64,000 nt of DNA from an uncultured bacterium (GCA_903945195.1 CAJAUT010000013.1:11473-75472); one strand, 5' to 3'. Shown: positions 38,757-49,387, counted from the first letter of the stretch. Notes: generated from the letters alone by a model not told the origin. Translations and numbers: made by a program.

Positions 38757-39656
38757 TTATTTTGTACGTGTTAGTCCTTTAGTAGCAAGAGCTTCGTCGA
38801 TCAAACCTAGAGATTTACCACCTAGATTTTTAACGGTTTTGAGATCTTTGTCGGAAGCTGTAGCTAATTCTGCGGCTGTTTTATAACCAGCTGCTTTTAA
38901 AGCGTTGGCAACGCGAGTTGGAAGACCTAGATCGTCAGTCATTACTAAAGAAGCAGAACTTGGGATGATGCCTTCTTCGCTAACTTCAACTGGTGAAACT
39001 ATTTGAGAAAAAGCTGCAACCAAGATATTAGCTGCTTCTTTTAAGACTACACTAGGAAGAGTTGAACCATCGGTGTAGATTTCTATGACAACTTTATCAA
39101 AATCTGTTCTGCGACCTACACGAGTGGACTCAACTTTGTAGGCTACACGCTCGACAGGTGAGTAGATAGCGTCGATTGACATAGTGCCGATAGTTGAAGA
39201 AGGGCGTTCATCAGCTGGAGAATATCCATAACCAGTTCCTATGGTGAGCTCTAGCTCTAACTTGGCATCCTTAGAGATATTGGCGATAACTTTGTCAGTG
39301 TTGACGATTTTAACATTTGCAGGAGCAATGATATCTGCAGCCGTAACTACACGAGGACCTTTGACTGAGATCTTGGCAACCACAGGTTCATCACCTTCGT
39401 AGCCTACTTTGACAGATTTGAGATTCAAGATTAGATCGATCATGTCTTCGCTCAGGCCAGCAAGAGTTGAGAATTTGTGAGTGACTCCACCGACTTTGAC
39501 GGTAGTGATAGCTGCGCCACGGAAACTAGAAAGTAGTACACGACGAAGTGAGTTACCTAGTGTGTGGCCAAAGCCAGTGACTAAAGGTTCAATAGAAAAG
39601 ATACCAAAATTGTCTCTCTCTTCTACTGTTTTGACTGTAAAGTTCATAGATTGCAT
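38757..39656 (-). CDS. rpoA: DNA-directed RNA polymerase subunit alpha
   Basis: NTD and CTD patterns; position in alpha operon. Confidence 0.9.
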   Translation of the reverse strand: MQSMNFTVKTVEERDNFGIFSIEPLVTGFGHTLGNSLRRVLLSSFRGAAITTVKVGGVTHKFSTLAGLSEDMIDLILNLKSVKVGYEGDEPVVAKISVKGPRVVTAADIIAPANVKIVNTDKVIANISKDAKLELELTIGTGYGYSPADERPSSTIGTMSIDAIYSPVERVAYKVESTRVGRRTDFDKVVIEIYTDGSTLPSVVLKEAANILVAAFSQIVSPVEVSEEGIIPSSASLVMTDDLGLPTRVANALKAAGYKTAAELATASDKDLKTVKNLGGKSLGLIDEALATKGLTRTK

Positions 39657-39680
39657 AGGGCCCCCTTTATATATAGCTTA

Positions 39681-40292
39681 TTAACGGGAATAAAATTCCA
39701 CAATTAATTGTTCGTTAATAGCCTCTGTAATGTCGCTTCTTGAAGGTAAGCGAGAAACCTTGCCAGCAATGGCTTTTTTGTCGAGCCAAGCAGCAGATAA
39801 TTTTTCTTTGTCAGCTATGAGTGATTTGATGTAGGGGATGTTTGCAGCAGTGTCTGTGAGCGAAATCACATCGCCTACTCTCACTTTGTAGGAAGGAATG
39901 TTTAGTTTTTTGCCGTTTACTTGGACATTGCCGTGAGAAACTATCTGACGAGCTGCGGCTCTTGTAGGAACAAAACCTAGACGATAAACACAGTTGTCTA
40001 GGCGACGTTCTAGGAGCTGGAGCATGACATCACCAGTTGAGAGTGGATTGCGAGCAGCTTCTGTGTAGTATTTTTTGAATTGGCGTTCTAGGATACCATA
40101 GATGATTTTGGCTTTTTGTTTTTCGGCTAACTGGACGCCGTAGTCAGAGACTTTGCGGTTGCCACCCTTGCGACCATGTGCACCAGGTGGGGTACCAATG
40201 CGACGTTCTAGTTTGGCACCTGTGGTTTTTAACCCAAGATCAACTCCGAGTCTACGAGCTTTTTTATTTTTTGGACCAGTATAGCGAGCCAT
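39681..40292 (-). CDS. rpsD: 30S ribosomal protein S4
   Basis: MARYTGPK start, S4 domain. Confidence 0.9.
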   Translation of the reverse strand: MARYTGPKNKKARRLGVDLGLKTTGAKLERRIGTPPGAHGRKGGNRKVSDYGVQLAEKQKAKIIYGILERQFKKYYTEAARNPLSTGDVMLQLLERRLDNCVYRLGFVPTRAAARQIVSHGNVQVNGKKLNIPSYKVRVGDVISLTDTAANIPYIKSLIADKEKLSAAWLDKKAIAGKVSRLPSRSDITEAINEQLIVEFYSR

Positions 40293-40314
40293 AAATTAAA
40301 TCCTTTTTTTAATA

Positions 40315-40686
40315 TTAACCATGCCTTGGTTTTTTGGCACGTGTGCCGTTGTGTGGGATAGGAGTGACATCTTGCATTTCGGTGACTTTGATACCGACTG
40401 TGCGAAGTACGCGCAGAGCAGCATCGCGGCCTGGACCTGGACCTTTGATATAAACTGCAGCTGAGCGAAGACCCATGGCTTTACCGGCATCAACTGCGGC
40501 AGTGATAGCTTGGGTAGCTGCAAAAGGAGTAGATTTCCTGGAACCTTTGAATCCTACTTTGCCGGTAGAACTCCAGCCAATGACATTGCCTGAAGTATCT
40601 GTCACAGTGACGATTGTATTGTTGAAAGTCGCAAGGATGTAAATGCGACCATCAATTATGTTTTTGTTGTTTTTTGCTACTGCCAT
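40315..40686 (-). CDS. rpsK: 30S ribosomal protein S11 (start at internal Met, abuts rpsM stop)
   Basis: [14 protein letters not shown] uS11 motif. Confidence 0.85.
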   Translation of the reverse strand: MAVAKNNKNIIDGRIYILATFNNTIVTVTDTSGNVIGWSSTGKVGFKGSRKSTPFAATQAITAAVDAGKAMGLRSAAVYIKGPGPGRDAALRVLRTVGIKVTEMQDVTPIPHNGTRAKKPRHG

Positions 40687-40687
40687 A

Positions 40688-41083
40688 TTATTTTGCTCCT
40701 GCAACTTTAGCTGCATCTTCTTTCTTCATAGCACCGATAGTCTTGCGTTTGCCACGTAGAGTACGAGCATTGGTGCGAGTGCGCTGGCCACGAACAGGTA
40801 AACCTGCTGAGTGCCTAGACCCGCGATAAGCGCCAATTCTTTTTAAGCGCTGGATATTTTCGCGGACTTCTTTGCGGAGGTCTCCCTCTACTTTGAATTC
40901 TTCGATGATTTTTTGGAGTTTAGCGACATCAACTGCGGTTAAATCCTTGGCTCTTAGATCTTCACTAATTTTGGCTTTTTCAAGAATCTTTTTGGCTATT
41001 TTTGGTCCGATTCCGTAAACATAAGTCAAAGCTATGACTATGCGCTTGTTTTCTGGTAAATCTATTCCGACTAAACGTAGCAT
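40688..41083 (-). CDS. rpsM: 30S ribosomal protein S13
   Basis: uS13 N-terminal and C-terminal basic tail. Confidence 0.9.
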   Translation of the reverse strand: MLRLVGIDLPENKRIVIALTYVYGIGPKIAKKILEKAKISEDLRAKDLTAVDVAKLQKIIEEFKVEGDLRKEVRENIQRLKRIGAYRGSRHSAGLPVRGQRTRTNARTLRGKRKTIGAMKKEDAAKVAGAK

Positions 41084-41087
41084 AAAA

Positions 41088-41201
41088 TTATCCTTGACGT
41101 TGTTTGTGGCGAGGGTTTTCGCACACTATAAATAAGACGCCCTTACGACGTACGTACTTGCACTTTAGGCAGCGTTTTCTTAAAGATGCTTGTACTTTCA
41201 T
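41088..41201 (-). CDS. rpmJ: 50S ribosomal protein L36 (37 aa; below ORF-track cutoff)
   Basis: [37 protein letters not shown] (C-x2-C...C-x4-H zinc ribbon); ATGA overlap with infA stop. Confidence 0.8.
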   Translation of the reverse strand: MKVQASLRKRCLKCKYVRRKGVLFIVCENPRHKQRQG

Positions 41202-41434
41202 ATGGTTGTTTGACCTTCTTTGACTCTATATGTGATACGACCTTTTGTGGTGTCGTATGGTGTCATTTCGAGTTTGACTTTGTCTCCTGGCATAATACTA
41301 ATACGATACATGCGCATCTTGCCAGATAAGTGCGCTAGTATTTCATTACCATCTTCCAGGGTGACCCGAAACATAGTATTTGGTAAAGCTTGAGTTACGG
41401 TACCTATCTTTTCTGTGACGTCAGCTTTACTCAT
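41198..41434 (-). CDS. infA: translation initiation factor IF-1
   Basis: S1-like OB fold, GKMRMYRI motif. Confidence 0.9.
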   Translation of the reverse strand: MSKADVTEKIGTVTQALPNTMFRVTLEDGNEILAHLSGKMRMYRISIMPGDKVKLEMTPYDTTKGRITYRVKEGQTTI

Positions 41435-41458
41435 AATTGATTTTGATATTGTACCAGA

Positions 41459-42247
41459 TTAAACGATCTGAAACAATGAGGGTACAGTCAAAATAGAACA
41501 ACCGTCCTGTGTAACCATGACGGTTTCTTCGTGTACGGCTGAAAGTGTACCATCTTTAACGGAGATTGTCCAGCCATCTTCCTCGAGTATGAGCTTGGGA
41601 TTGCCCTCGACGTAGATGATCTCTATTGCTAGTGTTTGACCTAGTTTGATGATAGGAGTTTTCTCTTTAGGACCGAGTACCACATTTGAGATCATAGGGT
41701 CTTCGTGGAGTTCTTTGCCCACCCCATGACCTGTGAGCTCACGAGTGGCACGATATCCATACTTTTTGAGGGTGGATTCCATAGCTTCTGAGATATCTCC
41801 GATATAACCACCTGGTTTGACTGCGGCGATGGCGTTTTTGAGGCCTTCTAGACCGGCTTTTAAAAACTTATCTTTGGAAGCAGTCGAGGTCCCGACGATT
41901 TTAGAAAAAGCTGCATCGGTATGGTAGCCTTTGTAAAATACGCCTACGTCGACTGTGACTAGGTCACCGTCCGCAAAAGGAACGGTGGATGTGGGGATGC
42001 CGTGGACGATGCCTTCGTTGATATTGATACAAGTGGCCCAGCGATAGCCTGGAACTTTGGTAAAAGAGAGCTCCCCCCCTTCTGATTTAATCAATTCTCT
42101 GGCTTTAAACTCGACCTGGGTAGGAGTAATACCGACAACCGTGAAATCGTAAAGAGCAGCTCTAACTCTGCCTAGCATGGCTCCACCGATGGTCATGGCC
42201 TCGATTTGATTCATCTTATTTGCTAGCCTGGGTAAGGATATCGGCAA
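41459..42247 (-). CDS. map: methionine aminopeptidase type I
   Basis: Pita-bread fold metal ligand pattern (D..D..H..E..E). Confidence 0.85.
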   Translation of the reverse strand: MPISLPRLANKMNQIEAMTIGGAMLGRVRAALYDFTVVGITPTQVEFKARELIKSEGGELSFTKVPGYRWATCININEGIVHGIPTSTVPFADGDLVTVDVGVFYKGYHTDAAFSKIVGTSTASKDKFLKAGLEGLKNAIAAVKPGGYIGDISEAMESTLKKYGYRATRELTGHGVGKELHEDPMISNVVLGPKEKTPIIKLGQTLAIEIIYVEGNPKLILEEDGWTISVKDGTLSAVHEETVMVTQDGCSILTVPSLFQIV

Positions 42248-42794
42248 AAACTTTTTCCACTTCTTGCTCGCCGTTGATTTCTACTAGGACACCGCGAGTT
42301 TTGTAATACTCTAGTACGCTAGATTCTTCGGCTTTGTAGCGCTTTAGACGCTCCCTAATCAATTCTTCGGAGTCGTGGAGACCTCCGTCGGCGAGCTTGC
42401 GACCGCGTTTGAGCAATCTACCCATACTAGTTTCTTCAGAAACGTTTAGATAGATGACGAGATCTACTTTTTTACCATGCTTGTCGAGCTTGTCCTCTAA
42501 AAACTCAGCTTGAGTCATATTGCGAGGAAAACCATCGATCACCCAACCATTTTGGGTGTCTGTATCTTTAAGACGAGCTTTCCAGAGTACAAACATCTCA
42601 GAGTCAGCGACGTAGTGGCCAGCAGCCAAAGTCTCTCTGCAGATATCGCCCATGATGCCTTTGTCATTTTCTGCCATACGGCGGACGAGATCGCCAGAGA
42701 CTAAGCATGGGACGCCTAGCTTTTCGGCGAGCATCTTGGCCTGGGTGGTTTTGCCGGCACCTTCTGGGGCGTAGAAAATGATATTTTTGGACAT
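42216..42794 (-). CDS. adk: adenylate kinase (short form, no zinc LID)
   Basis: P-loop, IDGFPR motif; operon position after secY. Confidence 0.8.
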   Translation of the reverse strand: MSKNIIFYAPEGAGKTTQAKMLAEKLGVPCLVSGDLVRRMAENDKGIMGDICRETLAAGHYVADSEMFVLWKARLKDTDTQNGWVIDGFPRNMTQAEFLEDKLDKHGKKVDLVIYLNVSEETSMGRLLKRGRKLADGGLHDSEELIRERLKRYKAEESSVLEYYKTRGVLVEINGEQEVEKVFADILTQASK

Positions 42795-42829
42795 AAAATA
42801 AACTCCTAATAATTAAGGATAACTAAGGT

Positions 42830-42856
42830 ATTATAGCGCAATCTGAGAAAGTGCAA
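42830..42856 (-). promoter_or_regulatory. candidate internal promoter (TTGCAC, 15-nt spacer, perfect TATAAT) upstream of adk with AGGAG Shine-Dalgarno
   Basis: Within the unusually long 102-nt secY-adk spacer. Confidence 0.35.
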
Positions 42857-42857
42857 T

Positions 42858-42896
42858 GCCCTACAAGGTTGCCCTACAAGGTTACACCTTGAAGGT
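42858..42896. repeat. tandem 13-nt direct repeat (gccctacaaggtt x2) plus half-copy of the 5275..5324 palindrome (cctacaaggttacaccttgaaggt)
   Basis: 24-nt match with 2 transitions to the 3' arm of the proS/gltX hairpin. Confidence 0.5.
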
Positions 42897-44204
42897 TTAG
42901 CGGATGAAAGAATCGTAGGATTTGGTGACCTGGTAGGACTCGGTCTTGCGGTAGGTTTCTAGGACGACGGAGACGACGATGAGGATACTGGTTCCACCTA
43001 TTGTGAGTGTAGTGATGCCGGTTAGACCCTGGACGATACTAGGCAAAATTGCGATAAGACCTAGAAATAGTGCACCAGCTAGAGTGGTGCGCTTGACGAT
43101 ATAACTCATGTATTTACTGGTTTCTTTGCCTGGTCTAATGCCTGGGACGTAACCACCATTTTGTTTGAGCTGATCTGCGATCTTGTCGGTATCAAAAACT
43201 ACAGCTGTATAGAAATAGGTAAAGCTGACAACCATGGCAAAATAAAAGATGTTGTAGGCGATAGAGGTCGGGGTAAACCAAGCGGCAAAAGCGGTAGCGG
43301 CGGATGCGACACTAGCATTGCCTACCCCTTTGAGTAAATTGGCGAGCATAGAAGGAGCTAGTACTAAAGCGATAGCAAAGATGATTGGAATGACGCCAGC
43401 ATTGTTGAGTTTGATCGGGAGATAAGTAGAGCCACCACCTGTTTCTTTGCCTCCTCGCATGCGGCGAGAGTAAGAAACGGGGATGCGGCGCTTGGCTTCG
43501 TCGATAGCTACGATCGAGTAGATAACAAACAACCCTAGGATAGCATAAGCCACAATACTGGCTGGATTTATAGTTGAGGCGATGGTGCTAGTTTGTAAGA
43601 AGGTGACTGGTAGACGCCCTACGATACCGGCAAAAATCAGGAGCGAGATACCGTTTCCTAGACCATACTCTGTCAGGTTTTCTCCTAGCCACATGAGGAA
43701 GATACTGCCTGCAGCCATAGTGGCAAGCAGTGTGATAATAGAAAGTGGATTAGTGGTCGTAACTAGCTGACTATTTTTTAGTGGCATAAACATAGCGGCG
43801 CTCTGCATGATAGCTAAAGGTACGGCCAACATACGAGTATATTGATTGATGATGTTTTGACCTGTCTCGCCTTCTTTTTGCATCTCTTCAAGTTTGGGAT
43901 TGATCATGGTCATAAGCTGCATGATGATAGAGGCATTGATGTAAGGATTTAAGCCTAGGGCTAGGATAGAAAAGTTGGCAAGTGTACCACCAGAAAAGAC
44001 ATCAAGTAGCGAGAGAAGTTGATTGGAAGCAAAGACGTTTTTTATGGCCTCTAAGTTTACACCTGGCACTGGAATATGGGTAACAAAACGAAATATAGCA
44101 AAAATAACTAGGGTTACAATGAGGCGTCTACGAAGTTCCCTGTTGGTTTTTAGAGTAAGTAGCAGCTCTTTAAGCTTGTCCACTGTACTCCCCCTTTGCA
44201 GCAA
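42897..44204 (-). CDS. secY: protein translocase subunit SecY
   Basis: 10-TM SecY pattern. Confidence 0.9.
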   Translation of the reverse strand: MLQRGSTVDKLKELLLTLKTNRELRRRLIVTLVIFAIFRFVTHIPVPGVNLEAIKNVFASNQLLSLLDVFSGGTLANFSILALGLNPYINASIIMQLMTMINPKLEEMQKEGETGQNIINQYTRMLAVPLAIMQSAAMFMPLKNSQLVTTTNPLSIITLLATMAAGSIFLMWLGENLTEYGLGNGISLLIFAGIVGRLPVTFLQTSTIASTINPASIVAYAILGLFVIYSIVAIDEAKRRIPVSYSRRMRGGKETGGGSTYLPIKLNNAGVIPIIFAIALVLAPSMLANLLKGVGNASVASAATAFAAWFTPTSIAYNIFYFAMVVSFTYFYTAVVFDTDKIADQLKQNGGYVPGIRPGKETSKYMSYIVKRTTLAGALFLGLIAILPSIVQGLTGITTLTIGGTSILIVVSVVLETYRKTESYQVTKSYDSFIR

Positions 44205-44616
44205 GTATCGCTTTTTGAGCAGATAGAGTAGCAGGGACTATCACTTTTAGTTTCTTGGATAGCTGCCCCGTACCGACGATCTTGATACTAGAGATGGTGG
44301 ATTGATTTCTAGAGATCACTTTTTTCTCGATCAAGGTTTCCATGGAAACTAGTTCGCCATTTTCAAAGACGTTGAGCTTGGAAAGATTGATCAAAGCTTT
44401 TTTGCCAAAAGAGTTGAAACGAGATTTGCCGCGCATAAAAGGTAAGCGTTTGAACCATACCCAAGATGAACCAGTAAATGATAGGCGGACGCCATTTCTG
44501 GACTTTTGGCCTTTTTGACCGCGACTAGAAGTATGACCACCTTTGCCTGAGCCATAGCCATGGCCTAGTCTTTTGTTTTTGCGAGTTGTGATTTTTGGCA
44601 GTTCGTTTAGTTTCAT
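44170..44616 (-). CDS. rplO: 50S ribosomal protein L15
   Basis: uL15 Gly-rich N-terminus. Confidence 0.85.
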   Translation of the reverse strand: MKLNELPKITTRKNKRLGHGYGSGKGGHTSSRGQKGQKSRNGVRLSFTGSSWVWFKRLPFMRGKSRFNSFGKKALINLSKLNVFENGELVSMETLIEKKVISRNQSTISSIKIVGTGQLSKKLKVIVPATLSAQKAILAAKGEYSGQA

Positions 44617-44622
44617 ATATTT

Positions 44623-45174
44623 TTACCTAATGATTGTTGGTTGTTTTTTAGTAGAGTTGGTTTGGCCAAGTGCATTTTTGACAGCAACAGTTTTTTTCAT
44701 AATTTTTAAAGCTTCAAAAGTAGCTGTGACATTGCTCATTTTGTTGTTGGTACCTAAGATCTTGGATACGACGTCTTTGATGCCTGCAAGTTCTAGCACT
44801 GCGCGAACAGATCCACCAGCAATAACTCCAGTACCAGCAGGAGCTGGTTTGAGGATCAATTTGGCTGCGCCTAGTTTGACCATCAGTTCGTGTGGGATAG
44901 TACGATTGTCTACGAGAGGTATAGTGATCACGGTTTTTTTACCGCGACGTACGCCTTTTTTGATAGCGTTCATGACATCTTTGGCTTTGCCTAGGGCAAC
45001 GCCGACTCTACCTTTTCTGTCACCCACGACTACTAAAGCGGTGAAACTCATGTTGTTGCCACCTTTTGTCTTTTTGGTCACGCGCGAAATGCGGATGACT
45101 TTTTCGTCAAACTCTTGTGGAGCACGAGGTGCTCTTTCTTTGTTGCGATCTTGTTTGCCACCATTGTTGTACAT
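44623..45174 (-). CDS. rpsE: 30S ribosomal protein S5
   Basis: uS5 dsRBD and S5 C-terminal domain. Confidence 0.9.
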   Translation of the reverse strand: MYNNGGKQDRNKERAPRAPQEFDEKVIRISRVTKKTKGGNNMSFTALVVVGDRKGRVGVALGKAKDVMNAIKKGVRRGKKTVITIPLVDNRTIPHELMVKLGAAKLILKPAPAGTGVIAGGSVRAVLELAGIKDVVSKILGTNNKMSNVTATFEALKIMKKTVAVKNALGQTNSTKKQPTIIR

Positions 45175-45175
45175 A

Positions 45176-45520
45176 TTAGAACTCCAATCCTGCTAACCTG
45201 GCTGCTTCGGCTACTGCCTTGACGCGACCATGATATTTATAAGCGCCACGATCAAAAACTATTTTAGTCACATTTTTTGCTAGTGCCAACTTGGCAATTT
45301 GCTCACCAAGTTTGGTAGAACGCATAGTCTTGGTGTCACCTTTTTCGAGCTTGATAGCTTTGGTATTTAAAGAGACGATGGTCTTGTGTGCGGCATCATC
45401 AATGATCTGAGCCCAAATGTGCATATTGGAGCGATAGATTGTTAAACGTGGACGGCCAGAAGTTTTGATACTAGCTCTAACACGAGTCATGCGGTTTTGT
45501 TTTTTGCTTTTTAGTTGCAT
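45176..45520 (-). CDS. rplR: 50S ribosomal protein L18
   Basis: uL18 pattern. Confidence 0.9.
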   Translation of the reverse strand: MQLKSKKQNRMTRVRASIKTSGRPRLTIYRSNMHIWAQIIDDAAHKTIVSLNTKAIKLEKGDTKTMRSTKLGEQIAKLALAKNVTKIVFDRGAYKYHGRVKAVAEAARLAGLEF

Positions 45521-45525
45521 AATTT

Positions 45526-46074
45526 TTAGGCGGCGGCGGCTTTGGCGGCTTTACCGGCTTTCCTACGCACAACTTCTCCGGCGTAGCGGATACCCTTGCC
45601 CTTGTAAGGCTCTGGTTTTCTATATGAACGAATGACAGCGGCAACTTGACCGACTGATTGAATGTCGAAACCTGAGATGATGATAACATTTGTGCCTTCG
45701 ACTTTGATGTCGATGCCTTTTGGAGGTACAAACTCGATTTCATGAGAATAGCCAAGAGATAGAATCAATTTTGTACCTGCGAGGCGTGCGCGATAACCAG
45801 TACCTACGAGCTCAAGATTTTTGGAGAAACCGTCAGAGACTCCTTTGACCATGTTGGCAATAAGGGCGCGCGTAAGACCATGGAGAGCTCTGATAGGCTT
45901 GTCTTCGCTAGTGCGTGAAATAACTAGCTGATCGCCTGAAAGTTCTAGTTTAATTTTGGGTTTTATGGTGTAACTTAACTCACCCTTTGGTCCTTTGACA
46001 TTTACTACGTCACCTGTGATAGTGAGCGTAACTGAGGCGGGAATCGTGATTGGTAGACGGCCGATTTTTGACAT
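45526..46074 (-). CDS. rplF: 50S ribosomal protein L6
   Basis: uL6 two-domain pattern. Confidence 0.9.
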   Translation of the reverse strand: MSKIGRLPITIPASVTLTITGDVVNVKGPKGELSYTIKPKIKLELSGDQLVISRTSEDKPIRALHGLTRALIANMVKGVSDGFSKNLELVGTGYRARLAGTKLILSLGYSHEIEFVPPKGIDIKVEGTNVIIISGFDIQSVGQVAAVIRSYRKPEPYKGKGIRYAGEVVRRKAGKAAKAAAA

Positions 46075-46080
46075 ATGTGA

Positions 46081-46476
46081 TTACCAAAGTTCTAGAAGAA
46101 CTTCTCCTCCAATTTTGTTTATTTTGGCGTTACGATCGGACATAATACCTTTTGAAGTACTAAGGATGGCGATACCTAGACCTGATAAGACTGGTTTAAA
46201 GTCGGCTACGTGGCGATAGATACGAACTCCGGGTTTTGAGATTCTTTTAATTGAAGTGATGGCGGCTGAGTCATCTTTGTAAGAGAGTGAAACAACTAGA
46301 GTTTTATCAGTTACCCCTTCGCCTTTAACTTCGAATTTGGAGATATATTTTTCTGAAAGCATAACTGAGGCTACAGCTTCTAGAACCTTGGTATAAGGCA
46401 TTGAGACTGTTTTTTTGTGCATGGCGTACGCGTTTTTGATGCGTGTAACCATGTCTGACAATGTATCATTTATCAT
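46081..46476 (-). CDS. rpsH: 30S ribosomal protein S8 (internal Met start)
   Basis: uS8 core. Confidence 0.85.
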   Translation of the reverse strand: MINDTLSDMVTRIKNAYAMHKKTVSMPYTKVLEAVASVMLSEKYISKFEVKGEGVTDKTLVVSLSYKDDSAAITSIKRISKPGVRIYRHVADFKPVLSGLGIAILSTSKGIMSDRNAKINKIGGEVLLELW

Positions 46477-46487
46477 ATTTTTATTCC

Positions 46488-46673
46488 TTACCAACTGGCT
46501 TTGGTTACTCCTGGTAAATTGCCTTTTTGGGCTTCTTCGCGGAAGCAAAGACGACACATGCCAAAGTGGCGCATGTAAGCTTTTGGTCTACCACACAACT
46601 TGCAGCGATTGTGCGCTCTTGTTGAGAATTTTGGTTTAAGTAGACTTTTTGCTACTAGTGCTTTACGTGCCAT
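46488..46673 (-). CDS. rpsZ: 30S ribosomal protein S14 type Z (zinc-binding)
   Basis: 61 aa with C-x2-C...C-x2-C. Confidence 0.9.
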   Translation of the reverse strand: MARKALVAKSLLKPKFSTRAHNRCKLCGRPKAYMRHFGMCRLCFREEAQKGNLPGVTKASW

Positions 46674-46676
46674 ATT

Positions 46677-47234
46677 TTATTTCTCTGCCTTTTCAAAGGG
46701 CATGCCTAATATTTTTAGTAGTGCAAAAGCTTGTTTGTTGTCTTTTGCAGTTGTGACAATGACAATTTCCAAGCCGTGGATTTTCTCCGTCTTGGCATAA
46801 TCTATCTCAGGAAAAATAATTTGTTCCGAGAGACCGAGTGTGTAATTGCCGTGCCCATCAAAAGCGGTACTTTTGACACCCCGGAAGTCTTTTACTTGCG
46901 GAAGGACTATTCTACACAATTTATCGAGGAAATCAAACATTTTTGCGCCGCGAAGAGTAACTGAAACTCCAACTGGATCACCAGCGCGGATTTTGAAACC
47001 TGCAATAGACTGTTTGGCGCCACCAACTTTGGGTGACAAACCAGAGAGGGAAGCTAATTCACCCTTGACTGTTTCGACATCCTTGGTAGAGGTATCTGAC
47101 TTTGAAATACCTACGTTGAGAACGATTTTTTTGAGCCTAGGAGCTGCAAGCTTGTTGGAAAGCCCGAGTTCTTTGATCAGATTGACACTATATTCATTTT
47201 CAAAACGTGTTTTTAGGTTTGGATCTGTTGTCAT
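46677..47234 (-). CDS. rplE: 50S ribosomal protein L5
   Basis: uL5 pattern. Confidence 0.9.
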   Translation of the reverse strand: MTTDPNLKTRFENEYSVNLIKELGLSNKLAAPRLKKIVLNVGISKSDTSTKDVETVKGELASLSGLSPKVGGAKQSIAGFKIRAGDPVGVSVTLRGAKMFDFLDKLCRIVLPQVKDFRGVKSTAFDGHGNYTLGLSEQIIFPEIDYAKTEKIHGLEIVIVTTAKDNKQAFALLKILGMPFEKAEK

Positions 47235-47488
47235 ACAGTTTTCTTTCCCGCAAAGCGGACCTGTTTACCATCTTTTACGTGACTGATTTTGCCGGTTGAA
47301 AGGGCTCTTTCGCGAGAGACCATGCCACCTTCTGTGTTTTGAGTAGGTTTAACGTGTTTTTTGTACATATTGGCACCTTTAACTACGACAGAGTCTCTTT
47401 TAGGAAACACTTTTGTGATCTCTCCAGTTTTGCCTTTGTCTTTGCCTGCTGTAACTAGTACAACATCGCCTTTTTTAAATTTTTTCAT
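47231..47488 (-). CDS. rplX: 50S ribosomal protein L24
   Basis: KOW motif. Confidence 0.9.
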   Translation of the reverse strand: MKKFKKGDVVLVTAGKDKGKTGEITKVFPKRDSVVVKGANMYKKHVKPTQNTEGGMVSRERALSTGKISHVKDGKQVRFAGKKTV

Positions 47489-47489
47489 T

Positions 47490-47861
47490 TTATATTACCT
47501 CCTGAGCTAGTGAAGCGATCTTGGCGTAACCACGATCTTTGACTTCACGGGCGATTGGACCAAATACACGGGAGCCGATAGGATCGCCTGTTTTTGGATC
47601 GATGATAACGGCGGCATTGTCGTCGAATCTGACGTAAGTACCGTCAGCGCGCCTAGTTTCTTTGCGAGTTCTTACAATAATGGCTTTAACTAGCTGAGAA
47701 TCTTTGACATAACCATTTGGATCAGCCTGATCAACTGCTGCAGAAACCATGTCTCCAATATAACCAAAGCGACGCCATGAGCCACCATGGACATGGATAA
47801 CCTTGAGGCGTTTGGCCCCTGAGTTGTCTGCGACTGATAGGACTGATCTAAGTTGTATCAT
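47490..47861 (-). CDS. rplN: 50S ribosomal protein L14
   Basis: uL14 pattern. Confidence 0.9.
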   Translation of the reverse strand: MIQLRSVLSVADNSGAKRLKVIHVHGGSWRRFGYIGDMVSAAVDQADPNGYVKDSQLVKAIIVRTRKETRRADGTYVRFDDNAAVIIDPKTGDPIGSRVFGPIAREVKDRGYAKIASLAQEVI

Positions 47862-47868
47862 ATATTAT

Positions 47869-48099
47869 TTATTTCTTTACTACCTTTGTAATGGTAAAGC
47901 GTTTGCGAGCTGATAAAGGTTTTGTTTCTTGAATTTCAACGTTGTCACCAGAGACAGCTTTTACATCGTTTTGGACAAGGTATTTTTTACTACGTCTAAC
48001 CAACTTGCTATAAAGTGGGTGTCTGAATGAAGTTTCCACCATAACGATGGCGCCTTGTTCAAATTTAGCTGATATGACTAATCCTGTTAGTTTTTTCAC
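47869..48099 (-). CDS. rpsQ: 30S ribosomal protein S17
   Basis: uS17 OB fold. Confidence 0.9.
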   Translation of the reverse strand: MKKLTGLVISAKFEQGAIVMVETSFRHPLYSKLVRRSKKYLVQNDVKAVSGDNVEIQETKPLSARKRFTITKVVKK

Positions 48100-48305
48100 A
48101 GTGTCCCCTTTAATTCTGCTTTAATAGTTTTGAGTGTAGCAATAGCGCGCCTCGTAAGCCCTAGCTCACGGAGATTTTTAAGTTCGTTTTTCATTTTTAG
48201 TAGCATATTTTTGGTATAGTCGACAGAAAGCTCGGCAAGCTTAGCGTCAATAGCTTTGATGCCGCCTTTGCGTAATTCTGTGTAGTCGTTTTTGCGTAGT
48301 TTCAT
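48096..48305 (-). CDS. rpmC: 50S ribosomal protein L29
   Basis: uL29 helical pattern. Confidence 0.85.
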   Translation of the reverse strand: MKLRKNDYTELRKGGIKAIDAKLAELSVDYTKNMLLKMKNELKNLRELGLTRRAIATLKTIKAELKGTL

Positions 48306-48310
48306 ATGTT

Positions 48311-48724
48311 TTAGATTTCACCTCTAATAACGAATCTTGTAAGTACTGGGAGCTTGGAAGCTGCCTTGCGGAAGGCTTCTCTGGCTGTGGCCTCGTCGGT
48401 TGAACCTAGTTCAAACACAACTGTGCCGCGTTTGACGACGGCTGTATATTTTTCGATATCACCTTTACCTGAACCCATTTTGGCACCGGCGGTTTTGTGA
48501 GTCAAAGGTTTGTGAGGGAAAACTCTGAGCCAGAGCTTGCCGCCACGCTTGGTGTGATGAGTGATGGTGCGGCGAGCTGCTTCGAGCTCGGCTGCAGAGA
48601 TCCAAGAACTCTCGATCACTTTAAGACCAAAGTCGCCGAAAGAGACATCGGCACAACGAGTAGCAGTGCCACCCATCTTGCCTCTAAATTCTTTGCGGTG
48701 TTTAGATTTCTTTGGTTGCATCAT
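48311..48724 (-). CDS. rplP: 50S ribosomal protein L16
   Basis: uL16 pattern. Confidence 0.9.
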   Translation of the reverse strand: MMQPKKSKHRKEFRGKMGGTATRCADVSFGDFGLKVIESSWISAAELEAARRTITHHTKRGGKLWLRVFPHKPLTHKTAGAKMGSGKGDIEKYTAVVKRGTVVFELGSTDEATAREAFRKAASKLPVLTRFVIRGEI

Positions 48725-48730
48725 ATATTT

Positions 48731-49387
48731 TTAAAGAGTTGCCTCTCCCTTGTATACCCAGACTTTGATACCTACGTATCCCGATCTGGTTAGTGAAGCT
48801 ACTTTGGCAAAATCAATATCGGAGCGAAGAGTTTGGGTAGGAATGGTTCCCATTGGATACTTTTCGCTGCGACCAATTTCGGCTCCGCCTACGCGACCTG
48901 AGACCTGGATTTTGATACCTTTGGCTCCGGCAGACATAGCGCGTTCTTGAGCTTGTGAGATAGCGCGGCGATGTGGGTAGCGCTTGATGAGCTGCTCAGA
49001 GATACGCTCGCCAATGAGTTTGGCCGAGAGATCTGGATTTTTGACTTCTTTGACTTCAAGTTGGAACTTGAGGGAAGAACTTGCACCGATTTTTTTGAGG
49101 TATGTCTCTAGTTCTTTCTTTAGAACTTCGAGGCTAGAACCACCGCGACCAATGATGACACCAGGGCGACCTGCATGAATGATGACTTTGATGATGTTGA
49201 TAGATCTTTCGATTTCAACACTGACAATGCCAGCAAGAGCGAGTCTCTTGAAGATAAAATTCTTGATTTTAATATCTGCAAGTACGAGAGACTGATAATC
49301 CTTTTTAGAAGCAAACCAAGTACTGCTTGCTTTATAAAGGATTCCGAGTCTAAAGCTGAGAGGATTAACTTTTTGCCCCATGGACAA
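48731..49387 (-). CDS. rpsC: 30S ribosomal protein S3
   Basis: KH domain plus S3-C domain. Confidence 0.9.
   Translation of the reverse strand: MSMGQKVNPLSFRLGILYKASSTWFASKKDYQSLVLADIKIKNFIFKRLALAGIVSVEIERSINIIKVIIHAGRPGVIIGRGGSSLEVLKKELETYLKKIGASSSLKFQLEVKEVKNPDLSAKLIGERISEQLIKRYPHRRAISQAQERAMSAGAKGIKIQVSGRVGGAEIGRSEKYPMGTIPTQTLRSDIDFAKVASLTRSGYVGIKVWVYKGEATL

Noticed and set aside
44573-45196. 207-aa plus-strand ORF and many other plus-strand ORFs across 37.9-56 kb
   Set aside because: They are antisense to universally conserved ribosomal protein genes, with low-complexity Ser/Leu/Arg-rich translations typical of reverse-strand reading.
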